From sequence record SRR20825019_411: a stretch of DNA of 62,248 bases, one strand, 5' to 3'. The stretch's first letter is position 1. Every line of letters starts with the position of its first letter. Positions 1 through 9,889 of the stretch are shown piece by piece. The translations under genes and the position numbers were made by a program. Below the pieces are notes generated by a model. The model worked only from the letters and a program-made list of their open reading frames with translations. It was not told the origin of the DNA and searched no databases.

Positions 1-37
1 CTTCCGGCCGCGTGCCAAATATTTGAAGAACTTTCAC
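1..37 (-). CDS. wecB: UDP-N-acetylglucosamine 2-epimerase (non-hydrolysing), 5' end only; runs off the left edge
   Basis: Not in the ORF track. The minus strand from GTG at 37 reads (M)KVLQIFGTRPE, the diagnostic WecB N-terminus (GTRPEAIK motif). AAGGTGG SD-like sequence lies upstream. Confidence 0.8.
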   Translation of the reverse strand, partial: MKVLQIFGTRPE

Positions 38-264
38 TCTTACACCACCTTTTGCAAGTAAACTACGACATCATGCATTAAATGGATCATGTATCAATCG
101 CATAGTCTTGCCATCCTTACCTTAACAGTATGGCGTATGGTCTGCAGTCAACAGAGTTTTGGTCTTAAGTTCGGAGTAGCCTTATCCGAAGATACGAGCC
201 GCTAGATTGTTAGCGATACCAAAGCCAATGGTACCGCCTTTTATAGCGAAGTGCCTTAGACAAT

Positions 265-945
265 CTATTCGTTTAAATATGTTACCATCTCGCTACCCGG
301 CTCACTTAAAAAAATCATCCATTCGAAGAGGTTGTAATTTTGCGCATATTGCCACAACTGTCCTCTATTCCACTGATATGCGAGCTTGAGCTGCATCTTG
401 AGCAGTGCAATCTCTTCTGATGACATGTTCGCATATAAAATGATTCCCAAATGAACACGCTGAAAAAGCAAAAAAGGCTCAAACTTTGCTGTTTCTATTG
501 AAGTTTCCCAAGCTTTAAGAGCTTTATCATAATGATCCGGCCCCAGCACAACATATGCTGTTGCCAAGCGAAGCCAAGTAAATGTATTTAGAGGGGCTGA
601 TTTAAGTGCATCAAGCGAAGTTTCTACGGCCTTTTTAGCATAAAATAGGCGTTCTTGTTCTCCTTTGGCGCGGCGGGACCTTAGGATATACACAATCCCT
701 AGGTCTGAGAGCGCTTTTGGGTGCTTGATGAACTTTAGCGCTTCTAAACGAGAATCTTCCAAATGGATAAGATCCTTGGCAGAAACATTTTTTCCTTCAT
801 TAACACGGTATAGAATGGGGGTGCCTGGGATGAGCATTAGTTCGTGCAAAAAGCGAGGTAGACCAACAAAAAGTAGTACTGTACTTGCAGCTAGTAGCAT
901 GCCAGAAACATAATTGCGCGTAGTCCCTTTAGGGGAAAAAAACAT
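265..945 (-). CDS. Membrane-anchored TPR-like polysaccharide-locus protein (VpsP-like)
   Basis: N-terminal hydrophobic segment, then helical TPR-like repeats (ALKSAPLNTFTWLRLATAY, ALKAWETSIETAKFEP). Lies within the glycan locus. Confidence 0.5.
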   Translation of the reverse strand: MFFSPKGTTRNYVSGMLLAASTVLLFVGLPRFLHELMLIPGTPILYRVNEGKNVSAKDLIHLEDSRLEALKFIKHPKALSDLGIVYILRSRRAKGEQERLFYAKKAVETSLDALKSAPLNTFTWLRLATAYVVLGPDHYDKALKAWETSIETAKFEPFLLFQRVHLGIILYANMSSEEIALLKMQLKLAYQWNRGQLWQYAQNYNLFEWMIFLSEPGSEMVTYLNE

Positions 946-1020
946 AATCTTATATACCTATGGCAGTATCACTAGCGCTAATGATTGACGGATTTGGTCA
1001 ATTTCTGACCATTTTTTTGA

Positions 1021-2250
1021 TTATTTTAGGCTAACCTTGTCTAGTATTGACAGCATTCTTTGGGCTAATATCTTGCGATCGAAGTTTTTTGCTCCGAGCA
1101 CGGCACTTTGACTAATTTCATTGTAATAATTGACGTCTGATTTAACTTTTTTGAGAGCCTGACATAAAGCCACGGCATTCTCTGGCTCGAAAAGTAGTCC
1201 AGCGTTATGGGTTTGTATGATTTCCGCAGATTCGCCTTCAACACCATGAAGTATTGGAATTCCCATTGCCATGCATTCAAACATTTTGGATGGAATAACT
1301 GTTTTAAAGAGATCATTCTTCTTGAGATGAATGATTGATACATCTAAAAGTGACCAAAAAGAAGCTACTTTGTCCTTTGAGACGCTCTCAAGGAAGACGA
1401 CATTGTTGAGGCCTTTAGCGCTTGCTATCAGGGCAGTACGGTTTGCACCGTCACCCAAAAACAGTAGCAATACATCTCTTGCGTCGGGATCATTGATTAG
1501 TAATCTTGCTGCTTCTACAAGAGTTTCTAGCGCGTGCGCCATACCAATCGTACCAATGTATCCAACAATGAACCTTCCCTCTAGCTCTAGTTCGTTGAGA
1601 AGAAAGGTGTTTTTTTTCAATGGGCTAAAACGAGAAATATCAACACCATTGGTTATAACGTGTATTTTGTGCTCATAGATGCCGCGTCTGATCAAATTTT
1701 CCTTGAATGAGTGTGTTACTGCAATCACAGCACTTGCTTGCCTGTATAAAAACAGCTCAATCCTCTCAAAAAAGTCTAAAATCTTCGGGCTACTTATTGC
1801 CCCTACAGCTCGAATTGACTCTGGCCAAATATCTCGAAGTTCAAAGACAAATGGACGCCTCTTGACCGTGGCCGCCGCCCAAGCTGCACATGCAGCAAAA
1901 AATTGAGGTGATGTCCCAACAACTATGTCCACCTTGCGTACAAAAAATGAGGCAATGAATCCGGTTATCATGAAACTTGTATAGTCAAGAATACGCTTAA
2001 TGAAACCTTCATTGCGAGCAATAAAGCTCCACACTCGAATTACCCGAATGCCGCCAATGATCTCGCTTTGCCACAATTTGTTTTGATAGCCTGAAAACAC
2101 TCTACCTTGAGGAAAATTCGGCACACATGTGATGATTGTCACCATTCGTCCTGCGCTTACCCATTCTCTTGCGTGTTCATAAGTTCGGCTTGCCGGTGCG
2201 TTAGACTCAGGTGGAAAATTGTCAGTAAAGAAAAGGATATGCATCGTCAT
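1021..2250 (-). CDS. Glycosyltransferase family 4 (WbuB/WeeG-like)
   Basis: TDNFPPE N-terminus, PNFPQG, FELRDIWPESI and IPSKMFECMAMGIPI (GT4 EX7E-like region). Confidence 0.9.
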   Translation of the reverse strand: MTMHILFFTDNFPPESNAPASRTYEHAREWVSAGRMVTIITCVPNFPQGRVFSGYQNKLWQSEIIGGIRVIRVWSFIARNEGFIKRILDYTSFMITGFIASFFVRKVDIVVGTSPQFFAACAAWAAATVKRRPFVFELRDIWPESIRAVGAISSPKILDFFERIELFLYRQASAVIAVTHSFKENLIRRGIYEHKIHVITNGVDISRFSPLKKNTFLLNELELEGRFIVGYIGTIGMAHALETLVEAARLLINDPDARDVLLLFLGDGANRTALIASAKGLNNVVFLESVSKDKVASFWSLLDVSIIHLKKNDLFKTVIPSKMFECMAMGIPILHGVEGESAEIIQTHNAGLLFEPENAVALCQALKKVKSDVNYYNEISQSAVLGAKNFDRKILAQRMLSILDKVSLK

Positions 2251-2253
2251 AAA

Positions 2254-3885
2254 CTACCAAGATACTTCTAATTTTGATTTGCCCTTCACAAGCGGTATCA
2301 CTAATCGTTGGTTCTGTATGCACATACCAAACTCAGGATGCCAAGTTCCTTTTGAAACATATACTTTGCTTTGCGAAATCCAAGATATAGACCTGCCACA
2401 ACTTAGTATCAACTGTCCGCGATTGTCACCATCCTGTACTACGATTACATCAGGATGGATATGAAAGATAGCTTTAGCAGTAGTCGTGGCAACGACTTCA
2501 TCCGTTATCACTAGATTAGTCTTCGATAGTTTCCAAGAGCGGATATGGTCTAAGTTTTTCCCTAGCCTGGCATACCCGTCATGTGATGCCAGAATGGTAT
2601 AGGCTGCCCGAGAATGGTCGAATTCTAGGAGGTTTACGCGTGCCCTACGCGCCACTCGGAAGCCTCCCCAGACCTCAGAAGAGTTCTTCTCTAAGACCAT
2701 AACCGTTGAATGGGCCTCCGTGCTACGTTGCCGCAAACGTTCGATATCATTTCCGTAAACGGATGTCCCTGAATTTACAAACAAGCGGTTGTTAAACAAA
2801 GAGAACTCGAATGAAAGGGTATCGGCATGAGCATGGCCAGGTTGATAACTCGGTCCAACTTCTGCGACATCTGTGATCAGCGCAGCTGAGCCTACATTGA
2901 GCCTTACATATCCGCTAGCTTGATAATGCCTAATATCGCATTTAGTTTTCTTAAAGCAAAACCCTAGTCGTTTTGCATAGGACCTAATTTCGGGGTTATT
3001 TGGCGCTACGCCGAACGCGGCATCATTAAAAAAAGATATCTGATCGTCCGGATGGCTCATGTCATCTAACCATGCCATCATTGGCTTGACCTTTCCTTCA
3101 AGCGCCAAACGTAACCCATTGCTTTTCGGGTCCGGGAATGCCCTCAAGATATTAATGAGATCAAGTACATCTTCTATAGCTAGGGCATGATACATCGGGC
3201 TCAGTTCATATTGCCCTCCATCTGATAGAATCTGCTCTTTTAATTCGTTCAATAAGATTTCACTGCCTTTGAAAAATATGGAGCTTGCCTCTGGTCCATC
3301 AAAATAACAGCCTGCAAAAATCAGCGCCTTGGCATTGGCAAAAATGTGGTTACCCAGTAGATGCCACTCCAGTCGTCTACACAACCAACGCACCTGTACT
3401 ATAAGGCTTTCTCTTGCAACTGTGGACAGAACGAAGCCAGACATAGCGGCTTTGATCCAGTTCACTACGCGCAATGACGTCGGATAAGGTTCCCACCCAG
3501 ACCCGTGTGCAGGAGGATTTCGTGTAATCCAACAATCAATTAAATCCTGATGCCAGTCGTGTCGTTTATAGGCACCAAAGGCGTTTAGGTCATCAAAATA
3601 ATGTTGATTATATCGCCAAAGCTTGGAACGAGTGGTACTGTCCCAACCATCAATCTCGATGCTGCCTACTTCATTAAGAAACTGGAATTTTCTTGGCCCA
3701 ACCAAACTTGCGCCACGCCGCGCTGGGTAATGCCATGTACCAGACTGATTACGCAGGGGCGGAGGCGGCGATAGATCGACCTTCGGTTTCAGTAGATTGA
3801 ATTGAAGTCGTCTGATGATTTGAGATAGGCGCAAATGCTGCAATGTATGCCAATATAATAACGCTCTAACAAATATCTGCCGCAT
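2254..3885 (-). CDS. Heparinase II/III-family protein (WeeF-like)
   Basis: WEPYPTSLR, LLGNH, DGGQYELSPMYH, GHAHADTLSF and RSTEAHSTV motifs. Confidence 0.88.
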   Translation of the reverse strand: MRQIFVRALLYWHTLQHLRLSQIIRRLQFNLLKPKVDLSPPPPLRNQSGTWHYPARRGASLVGPRKFQFLNEVGSIEIDGWDSTTRSKLWRYNQHYFDDLNAFGAYKRHDWHQDLIDCWITRNPPAHGSGWEPYPTSLRVVNWIKAAMSGFVLSTVARESLIVQVRWLCRRLEWHLLGNHIFANAKALIFAGCYFDGPEASSIFFKGSEILLNELKEQILSDGGQYELSPMYHALAIEDVLDLINILRAFPDPKSNGLRLALEGKVKPMMAWLDDMSHPDDQISFFNDAAFGVAPNNPEIRSYAKRLGFCFKKTKCDIRHYQASGYVRLNVGSAALITDVAEVGPSYQPGHAHADTLSFEFSLFNNRLFVNSGTSVYGNDIERLRQRSTEAHSTVMVLEKNSSEVWGGFRVARRARVNLLEFDHSRAAYTILASHDGYARLGKNLDHIRSWKLSKTNLVITDEVVATTTAKAIFHIHPDVIVVQDGDNRGQLILSCGRSISWISQSKVYVSKGTWHPEFGMCIQNQRLVIPLVKGKSKLEVSW

Positions 3886-3916
3886 CTAGAACTAGTCCCC
3901 CTTATATATTCTTAAT

Positions 3917-6037
3917 CTACAATAGACTTCTGCCCAGTTCTATCGACACGCGACTCGACTCAATAATTTCGTCTAGCGGAATTGGAGAGCTTCCACCAAT
4001 CTTCACCGCATCAACAAAGGCGGCTACGCATGCATAATTACCCTTGTCTTGCTTCCATAAACGGCTCCCCTTAAACCCTTTCCAGCCATAAGTTTTAAGC
4101 TGCCGAAAATTATTCAAGATAAGGACGCGACCTGACGCGAATACTTCTAATCGTTCTTTAGCCAAGGCCTTGTGGCCATTCGCGAGATAGTGAATCACTC
4201 CGACGGAGCCGTCTTCAAACTCAAGACTGATTACAACCTTGTCATCTCTCACATCCATGGAGGGGTGCTTTCCTAAAGCAATAGCTTGCGCTTGGCTTAT
4301 CGGTGCACCTGCGAGGTGCCGAAGAAGGTCGATGAAGTGGCATCCTTCACCAATTATACGCCGTCCTCCTACGGAAATGTCTTGTATCCAATGACCGGCT
4401 GGTATTTCACCTGCATTCACGGTAACGATAAAATTCTTTGGCGCTTCAATACCCTCTAAAAGCTCCTTTATCCTTATAATCTGCGGTGCGAAACGCCTAT
4501 TAAAACCGAGCATCAGTAGCTGGTTCGGGCGAGAGCGTGCTTCCTGTTCTATCTCCAGTAGTTCTTCATTGGTTAGGCAAAGCGGTTTCTCGCAGAAAAT
4601 ATGTTTTCCTGCTCGAAGCGCACCTAAAACTTGCTCAGCATGAATATTATGGCGGGTACCTATTACTATGGTATCTGTGTTTAGATCGTCCATTACAGAA
4701 GCAGCATCAGAAGACGCATTCGAGAACCCATACTTTTTGCCAAAATGGACAGCACTAACTCCACCCTTGCTTACAATCGTGGAGAGCGACGCGCCTGCTC
4801 GCTTGAAAGCGGGAATCAAAACGCGTCCCGTATAATTCCCGGCCCCCAAAAAAGCTACGTTGGCCTTACTAGGCGTCTGAGATTGGTCAAGCAGAGTTAC
4901 GGTGCGAACTAACTTCTGTTTTGCTTTGGAATCGTTGTAATCAATGAGAATTCCCAGCGAACCCTCGTCAGATGTTAGTAAATCTAGGGCTTGTTTGGCG
5001 TCTTCGATTTTATAGCGGTGCGTAATTATTGGCGCAGGATCGAGTTTGGCCGATGCCATCAATTCGAGTACTGCTTCAAAGTTGCGCTGTTCTGTCCAAC
5101 GTACGTGCCCTATAGGGTAATCATTGCCTTTCTCCTCATATGCACGATCATAACGACCTGGCCCATAGGAACAGCTCACTTGAAATGTCAATTCTTTTTC
5201 ATAAAAGTCCGCCCGATTGAGTTGGAGCCCCGCCACGCCGACTAAGACGATGCGGCCCCGCTGGCGGCACATCTGTGCAGCTAGACTCATCGGCTGATCA
5301 CTGTCGGTTGAAGCCGTGATTATTACCGCGTCCACCCCGCGTCCCCTTGAAAAACTTATTGCTGCATCCAGTACATCCTGGTCTATCGCAGCGCATACCG
5401 TTTCTGCTCCAAATCGTCTCGCTAAAGCTAATCGGGTTTTGTCAAAGTCTATTCCTAACACGCGGCACCCGTTGGCCTTGAGCATTTGGACCGTTAAAAG
5501 GCCAATCACTCCAAGGCCTATAACTACAATATTCTCTCCTAACGTCGGTTTGACCAACCGGATGCCTTGTAACCCTATCGCACCAAGCACGGTAAAGCTT
5601 GCATAATCAAAGCTGACCTCTGGTGGTATTTTAGCGCACAGATTCTTGGGCACCGCGACGAATTCTGCGTGATTACCATTAGATACAACTCTATCGCCAG
5701 GCTCAAAACCTTCCACACCTGCACCTACAGCTTCTACGTATCCCGTATTGCAGTAACCCAAGGCCAAGGGTTGATCGAGTTTACTTTTTATAGCGTCGAC
5801 AGTAGCCATTAAGCCATCCGTCCCAACCTTTTGAAGAACCTGCCGAACCTTCTCCGGCTGTTGACGCGCTTTGGATATCCATCCAGACCTTCCAAATTTT
5901 ACCAACATTCGTTCAGTACCGGCAGAAATTAAGGTCGTTTTTGTGCGGATCAGTAGTTGACCGCTCCCTGCTTGTGGTACAGGCACTTCTTCCAAAGCCG
6001 TAGTACCATCCTTGAGTGACTGTAGGACTTGTTTCAT
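3917..6037 (-). CDS. Bi-domain oxidoreductase (Zn-ADH-like plus Gfo/Idh/MocA; WeeE-like)
   Basis: N-half has ISAGTE, GLGVIG and SCSYGPGRYD. C-half has GAGNY, CEKP, GFNRRF and GEGCHFID. Confidence 0.9.
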   Translation of the reverse strand: MKQVLQSLKDGTTALEEVPVPQAGSGQLLIRTKTTLISAGTERMLVKFGRSGWISKARQQPEKVRQVLQKVGTDGLMATVDAIKSKLDQPLALGYCNTGYVEAVGAGVEGFEPGDRVVSNGNHAEFVAVPKNLCAKIPPEVSFDYASFTVLGAIGLQGIRLVKPTLGENIVVIGLGVIGLLTVQMLKANGCRVLGIDFDKTRLALARRFGAETVCAAIDQDVLDAAISFSRGRGVDAVIITASTDSDQPMSLAAQMCRQRGRIVLVGVAGLQLNRADFYEKELTFQVSCSYGPGRYDRAYEEKGNDYPIGHVRWTEQRNFEAVLELMASAKLDPAPIITHRYKIEDAKQALDLLTSDEGSLGILIDYNDSKAKQKLVRTVTLLDQSQTPSKANVAFLGAGNYTGRVLIPAFKRAGASLSTIVSKGGVSAVHFGKKYGFSNASSDAASVMDDLNTDTIVIGTRHNIHAEQVLGALRAGKHIFCEKPLCLTNEELLEIEQEARSRPNQLLMLGFNRRFAPQIIRIKELLEGIEAPKNFIVTVNAGEIPAGHWIQDISVGGRRIIGEGCHFIDLLRHLAGAPISQAQAIALGKHPSMDVRDDKVVISLEFEDGSVGVIHYLANGHKALAKERLEVFASGRVLILNNFRQLKTYGWKGFKGSRLWKQDKGNYACVAAFVDAVKIGGSSPIPLDEIIESSRVSIELGRSLL

Positions 6038-6042
6038 ATTCG

Positions 6043-7164
6043 TTAGGCCTCGTCATTGAGTTGGTGTAATTCCTGTATCAAATTCAGGGTGCGTTCTACC
6101 TCATTGCAGCATACCATTTCAGCGGCATGTAACATCAAAATCGAAGATACTATTACTTCCGACCAAGCTCGAGTAGAGACAGGCTGGAATGGTTGGAGTA
6201 TGCTAGATTGATGCCCAACATCCTTGGGCCAACTGCGGATCCGATGGCGCTCCGTACCACGCCGAACTGTCATAGAGCGAAAATCATTAATTGTTGCAAT
6301 TACATCGTCCCATTGGATATTAATTGTCTCATTGATACCCTCAAACGGTTCCGTACGGGCTGTTAACATCAGCGAGAAAATGTCGCCTTGGTCAGAAGCG
6401 ATAGAAAGCGTAAAATTATCGTCCGGTTCATGCTCGTTGGCAGAAAGTAACTGCAATTTCACCTGACTAGGGAGAGAACCTCTCCAAGATAACATATGTA
6501 CAAATAAGTCAATCCAGTGCCCGGCGTTTCCACAGATACGAGTACCCTCACCAGGCTCGCGGTACCAATGTAGAGGATCAATCACGTGTCCCGATACAAA
6601 ACAACTAAGCGAAAGCGGTCCGGCGGGTACCTTTAACTGCCGGTGTAGATATCGAATCGACTTTGATAGAGGACGGTTATAGCCCGCATATATTCTACGC
6701 TCAGCGCCAAGAGTTTCCCTATGCAATCGAGATAACTGCTTAAAGTTGACCGCAATCGGTTTTTCTACGAATACGATTTTCCCACTCTTGAGAGCTTGAA
6801 TGGCGTAGTCTGTGTGTGAAGCATGATTTGAAGCGATATAAACATACTGAGTATCAGGATCATCAAGGGCGTCACTGGGAGTGTCCGCGACTTTAGGAAC
6901 CGATAGTAATTGCGCCATCGAAAAGGCACTCTTCAAATTCGGATCATAGCACCACAGTAACCGACGACCAAAAGTGCTCGTTAGATAGTACCCAATTGTG
7001 GCGAACCCAAATTGCCCACACCCAATAACTGCGATATCCGGCGCGCTATAAGACCTCCAAACTAATGTGGTCTTAATTCGGAAGCGCCCAATGACTTTAA
7101 AAAGTGTTCGTCTCAACCCATAGATCAAAACAAAGCGCCAGATCTTCGTTATATTTTCTTTCAA
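6043..7164 (-). CDS. Gfo/Idh/MocA-family oxidoreductase
   Basis: IGCGQFG Rossmann motif, ASNHASH, VEKP, GYNR and GHWID. Confidence 0.85.
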   Translation of the reverse strand: MKENITKIWRFVLIYGLRRTLFKVIGRFRIKTTLVWRSYSAPDIAVIGCGQFGFATIGYYLTSTFGRRLLWCYDPNLKSAFSMAQLLSVPKVADTPSDALDDPDTQYVYIASNHASHTDYAIQALKSGKIVFVEKPIAVNFKQLSRLHRETLGAERRIYAGYNRPLSKSIRYLHRQLKVPAGPLSLSCFVSGHVIDPLHWYREPGEGTRICGNAGHWIDLFVHMLSWRGSLPSQVKLQLLSANEHEPDDNFTLSIASDQGDIFSLMLTARTEPFEGINETINIQWDDVIATINDFRSMTVRRGTERHRIRSWPKDVGHQSSILQPFQPVSTRAWSEVIVSSILMLHAAEMVCCNEVERTLNLIQELHQLNDEA

Positions 7165-7213
7165 ATCTTTTCCTTAAAGGGGTGATTCCAGAACACACGG
7201 CCAATATGGCACT

Positions 7214-8656
7214 CTAGCGCTGTACCGCGTCAGTTTTTTTCTTTGGCATACACCAAATAATGGTGAGAACAATCAGGTAGATTGCTAGAAATTTAATAAT
7301 TGGCCAAGTGCTCGGGAATATCGATGCGCGAGGAGAAGAAACCACGTGCATGAAGAGAAGCGGCTGCATCAAGAAAAGAGTTCTAGAAATCTGGCTAAAC
7401 CTAAAATAGGCGCTAGTAAAAAATAACCAAATTAATATGTATACCGGCATGACTAGGGGGCCAAATTGTAGCGCTTCTGCTACAAAATTGGATCCAATAC
7501 CAGCTCCAGATAAATATGCTCCCATATTGAGTTGGCTGGAAAAAGTATGGTTTAAGTCTAGCCGAAGCATCGCCGCATTTTCCGACTGCCCCACAAGGTC
7601 GGCCCCATGTATCATATAACGAAACGGAAAAATTAGCGGCTCCAAGGCGAATACCGATCTAATTTCCACGTGGTTGTAGTACTCCAGCACAAGAGCTAGA
7701 GTATATTGCGCCTTGCTTAGCCCAATAATGAGAAATTTAGTCAGTAAAAAGCCGTCAACACTGGCTTCAGACCGAGCAAGCGCCATTATCACTAGGAAGC
7801 TGATTGCTCCAGAAATCAAAATAGCACTACGGCCAGCTTTGACCTTAAAGTCATAATACACTATTGCGTGCCAAATTATGAAGCATGCGGGTACGATCAA
7901 AGCCGACCTAGCGCCTTTTAATGAATCCAGTGTGGCGACGAGAAGAAATAGGATACCACCCCAAAGAAATTTTGATTTTCGGGGCATTGAGGCAAAAAAC
8001 ATGTAAAATGCTAGAGTGTTAACGGTCCTTATCAGGCCTATAGCAGGCACTCTGGAGATGCGATCTTGAAACAAGGATGTGTAAAAAAAAGAGTATCCTT
8101 GGGATGCCACCAGGCGAAATTGATCAAATAAGTCAATCAAGAGCGGTGGCAACGTGATCAGTAAAAGGAAAACCGCCACCTTATAAAGGTCAGCGTTAAA
8201 TGAAAAATGAAATATCCTTCTGGAGGCTTGAAATCGAAGGTGAACCCCAAAGGACCATATGAAGGTGATACACAAGCCAGAAGCTATGTAGGACTTGTTA
8301 ATGGATTCTACCGATAGGGAATTTGAAAAGTTTGTTGCATAGTTTAGTACTGTTTCGTCGAATCTAAAAGAGATAGCGGCGACAATGGTGCCAAACTGAA
8401 AGAAAACAAAATATATGCATGTGAACCAAAAGAGCCATGATCGAGCACGATCTGGTGACGCGATCGCTACTAGCAGACTTAGCAACGCGGCGATGCAAGA
8501 ATAGAATGCCGCTACAGTCAAACTCAAATGGGGAAGGTGATATAGAATCAAACCAATAGCCACACAAGGGATCAGAAAAAACGACCAGAGAAAACGATCG
8601 TGCCTTCTCTGTGTTCCTGTGGTCATCGCGTAATTATTCGTGCCTGGCAATGCCAT
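7214..8656 (-). CDS. wzy: O-antigen/polysaccharide polymerase
   Basis: About 11-12 hydrophobic segments, KGARS loop and GIGSNFVAE periplasmic motif. Lies between glycosyltransferase and oxidoreductase genes. Confidence 0.75.
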   Translation of the reverse strand: MALPGTNNYAMTTGTQRRHDRFLWSFFLIPCVAIGLILYHLPHLSLTVAAFYSCIAALLSLLVAIASPDRARSWLFWFTCIYFVFFQFGTIVAAISFRFDETVLNYATNFSNSLSVESINKSYIASGLCITFIWSFGVHLRFQASRRIFHFSFNADLYKVAVFLLLITLPPLLIDLFDQFRLVASQGYSFFYTSLFQDRISRVPAIGLIRTVNTLAFYMFFASMPRKSKFLWGGILFLLVATLDSLKGARSALIVPACFIIWHAIVYYDFKVKAGRSAILISGAISFLVIMALARSEASVDGFLLTKFLIIGLSKAQYTLALVLEYYNHVEIRSVFALEPLIFPFRYMIHGADLVGQSENAAMLRLDLNHTFSSQLNMGAYLSGAGIGSNFVAEALQFGPLVMPVYILIWLFFTSAYFRFSQISRTLFLMQPLLFMHVVSSPRASIFPSTWPIIKFLAIYLIVLTIIWCMPKKKTDAVQR

Positions 8657-8659
8657 TGT

Positions 8660-9889
8660 TTATGTGTCAATTCGTCTGTCTAGTTTTCCAAATATGTCGC
8701 ACGCTCGTTTAGCTTGCGCTATTTTAGAAAAACTCGTTTCATAAGTTCTCCTAGCATCTTGTGCAAGACGCTGGGCGAGGTCTGGGTTTTCGATAAGCGA
8801 CGCAACCTTTTCACCTAACTGTTTGCCCTCTTCAATGCCGCAAAGGAGTCCGTTTTCACCGTTGCGAATCATTTCGGGTACTCCCGAAACATCAGTTGAG
8901 ACGATGGGTTTTTCCAGCGCCATATACTCGGCAATCGTGCGAGGAAATGCTTCTGCTCGGCTTGGAAATAGACAAATATCTGCCGCTCGGGCATATTTAA
9001 GTGCATCATTGCGGTGCCCATAAAAGCGAAAATGGGCCCCCATCGGAGAATTCTTGATCTGGCTTACGATTGCTTTCCCGCCCCAAGGCTCTGAAATGAC
9101 ACCTACGACGTGAATAAGGAAGTGCTGGTAACCCAATTCACGGAGTCTTAGAGCTGTATCAATTAGAATGTCTTGTCCTTTTCGGATTTGAACTGAACCA
9201 ACGGCCACAAGGTGGGTTTTATTCTCTGCAAAACCTAGAGAAGCTTTTAGATTGTCCAAATCCTCGGCTCGTATTTCCGTCGTCGAAGCATCATCAACAG
9301 AATTCGGCAAGTAATAACAACGGGTTTTATCCGATAGGAACGGACGCCACCTATCAAGGCCAATCTTGGAAACAAATATTAGGTCATCAAATAACCTGAG
9401 GTACTTTGCAGCATCCTCAATCTCGGCACTTTTATCTGTGCCCTTGCTTTGCCAAACAAAGGATTCAGGGTTACCTCGGACAACACAGACCTTTCTGAAT
9501 TTATGATCACCCAGTATTCTGCTGGACGGATATAAGGAAGACCAAGAGTTCACAAAGATCATATTTTGCTGTTCTTTGTCGTAGAAGCCGGATAGCGACA
9601 AACGCTTGGTTGCTCCAATATTTTTTAGCTGAACCAGCGCAAAACGGACTATACTACGCAACGTGGATCGCGGATGATACTTGCCAGCGAGCCGCCAGAG
9701 CTTTCCCAAAGGTCGTGTGGGCATATTCCCGTAGGTGGTGGCAGACTTTGCCGAGCGTGGCAGCGTGTCGGAAGCCAAAACCGCCACGCCATCGTAATGC
9801 AAACGCAATAATTGGAGAAAGTCTACTCCTGACAACGATACACCACCGTTTCGGCTCGAACCCAACGTATCTGAAATGTAAAGTATCAT
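8660..9889 (-). CDS. Glycosyltransferase family 4
   Basis: VGSVQIRKGQD and PSRAEAFPRTIAEYMALEKPIV (EX7E). Confidence 0.9.
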   Translation of the reverse strand: MILYISDTLGSSRNGGVSLSGVDFLQLLRLHYDGVAVLASDTLPRSAKSATTYGNMPTRPLGKLWRLAGKYHPRSTLRSIVRFALVQLKNIGATKRLSLSGFYDKEQQNMIFVNSWSSLYPSSRILGDHKFRKVCVVRGNPESFVWQSKGTDKSAEIEDAAKYLRLFDDLIFVSKIGLDRWRPFLSDKTRCYYLPNSVDDASTTEIRAEDLDNLKASLGFAENKTHLVAVGSVQIRKGQDILIDTALRLRELGYQHFLIHVVGVISEPWGGKAIVSQIKNSPMGAHFRFYGHRNDALKYARAADICLFPSRAEAFPRTIAEYMALEKPIVSTDVSGVPEMIRNGENGLLCGIEEGKQLGEKVASLIENPDLAQRLAQDARRTYETSFSKIAQAKRACDIFGKLDRRIDT

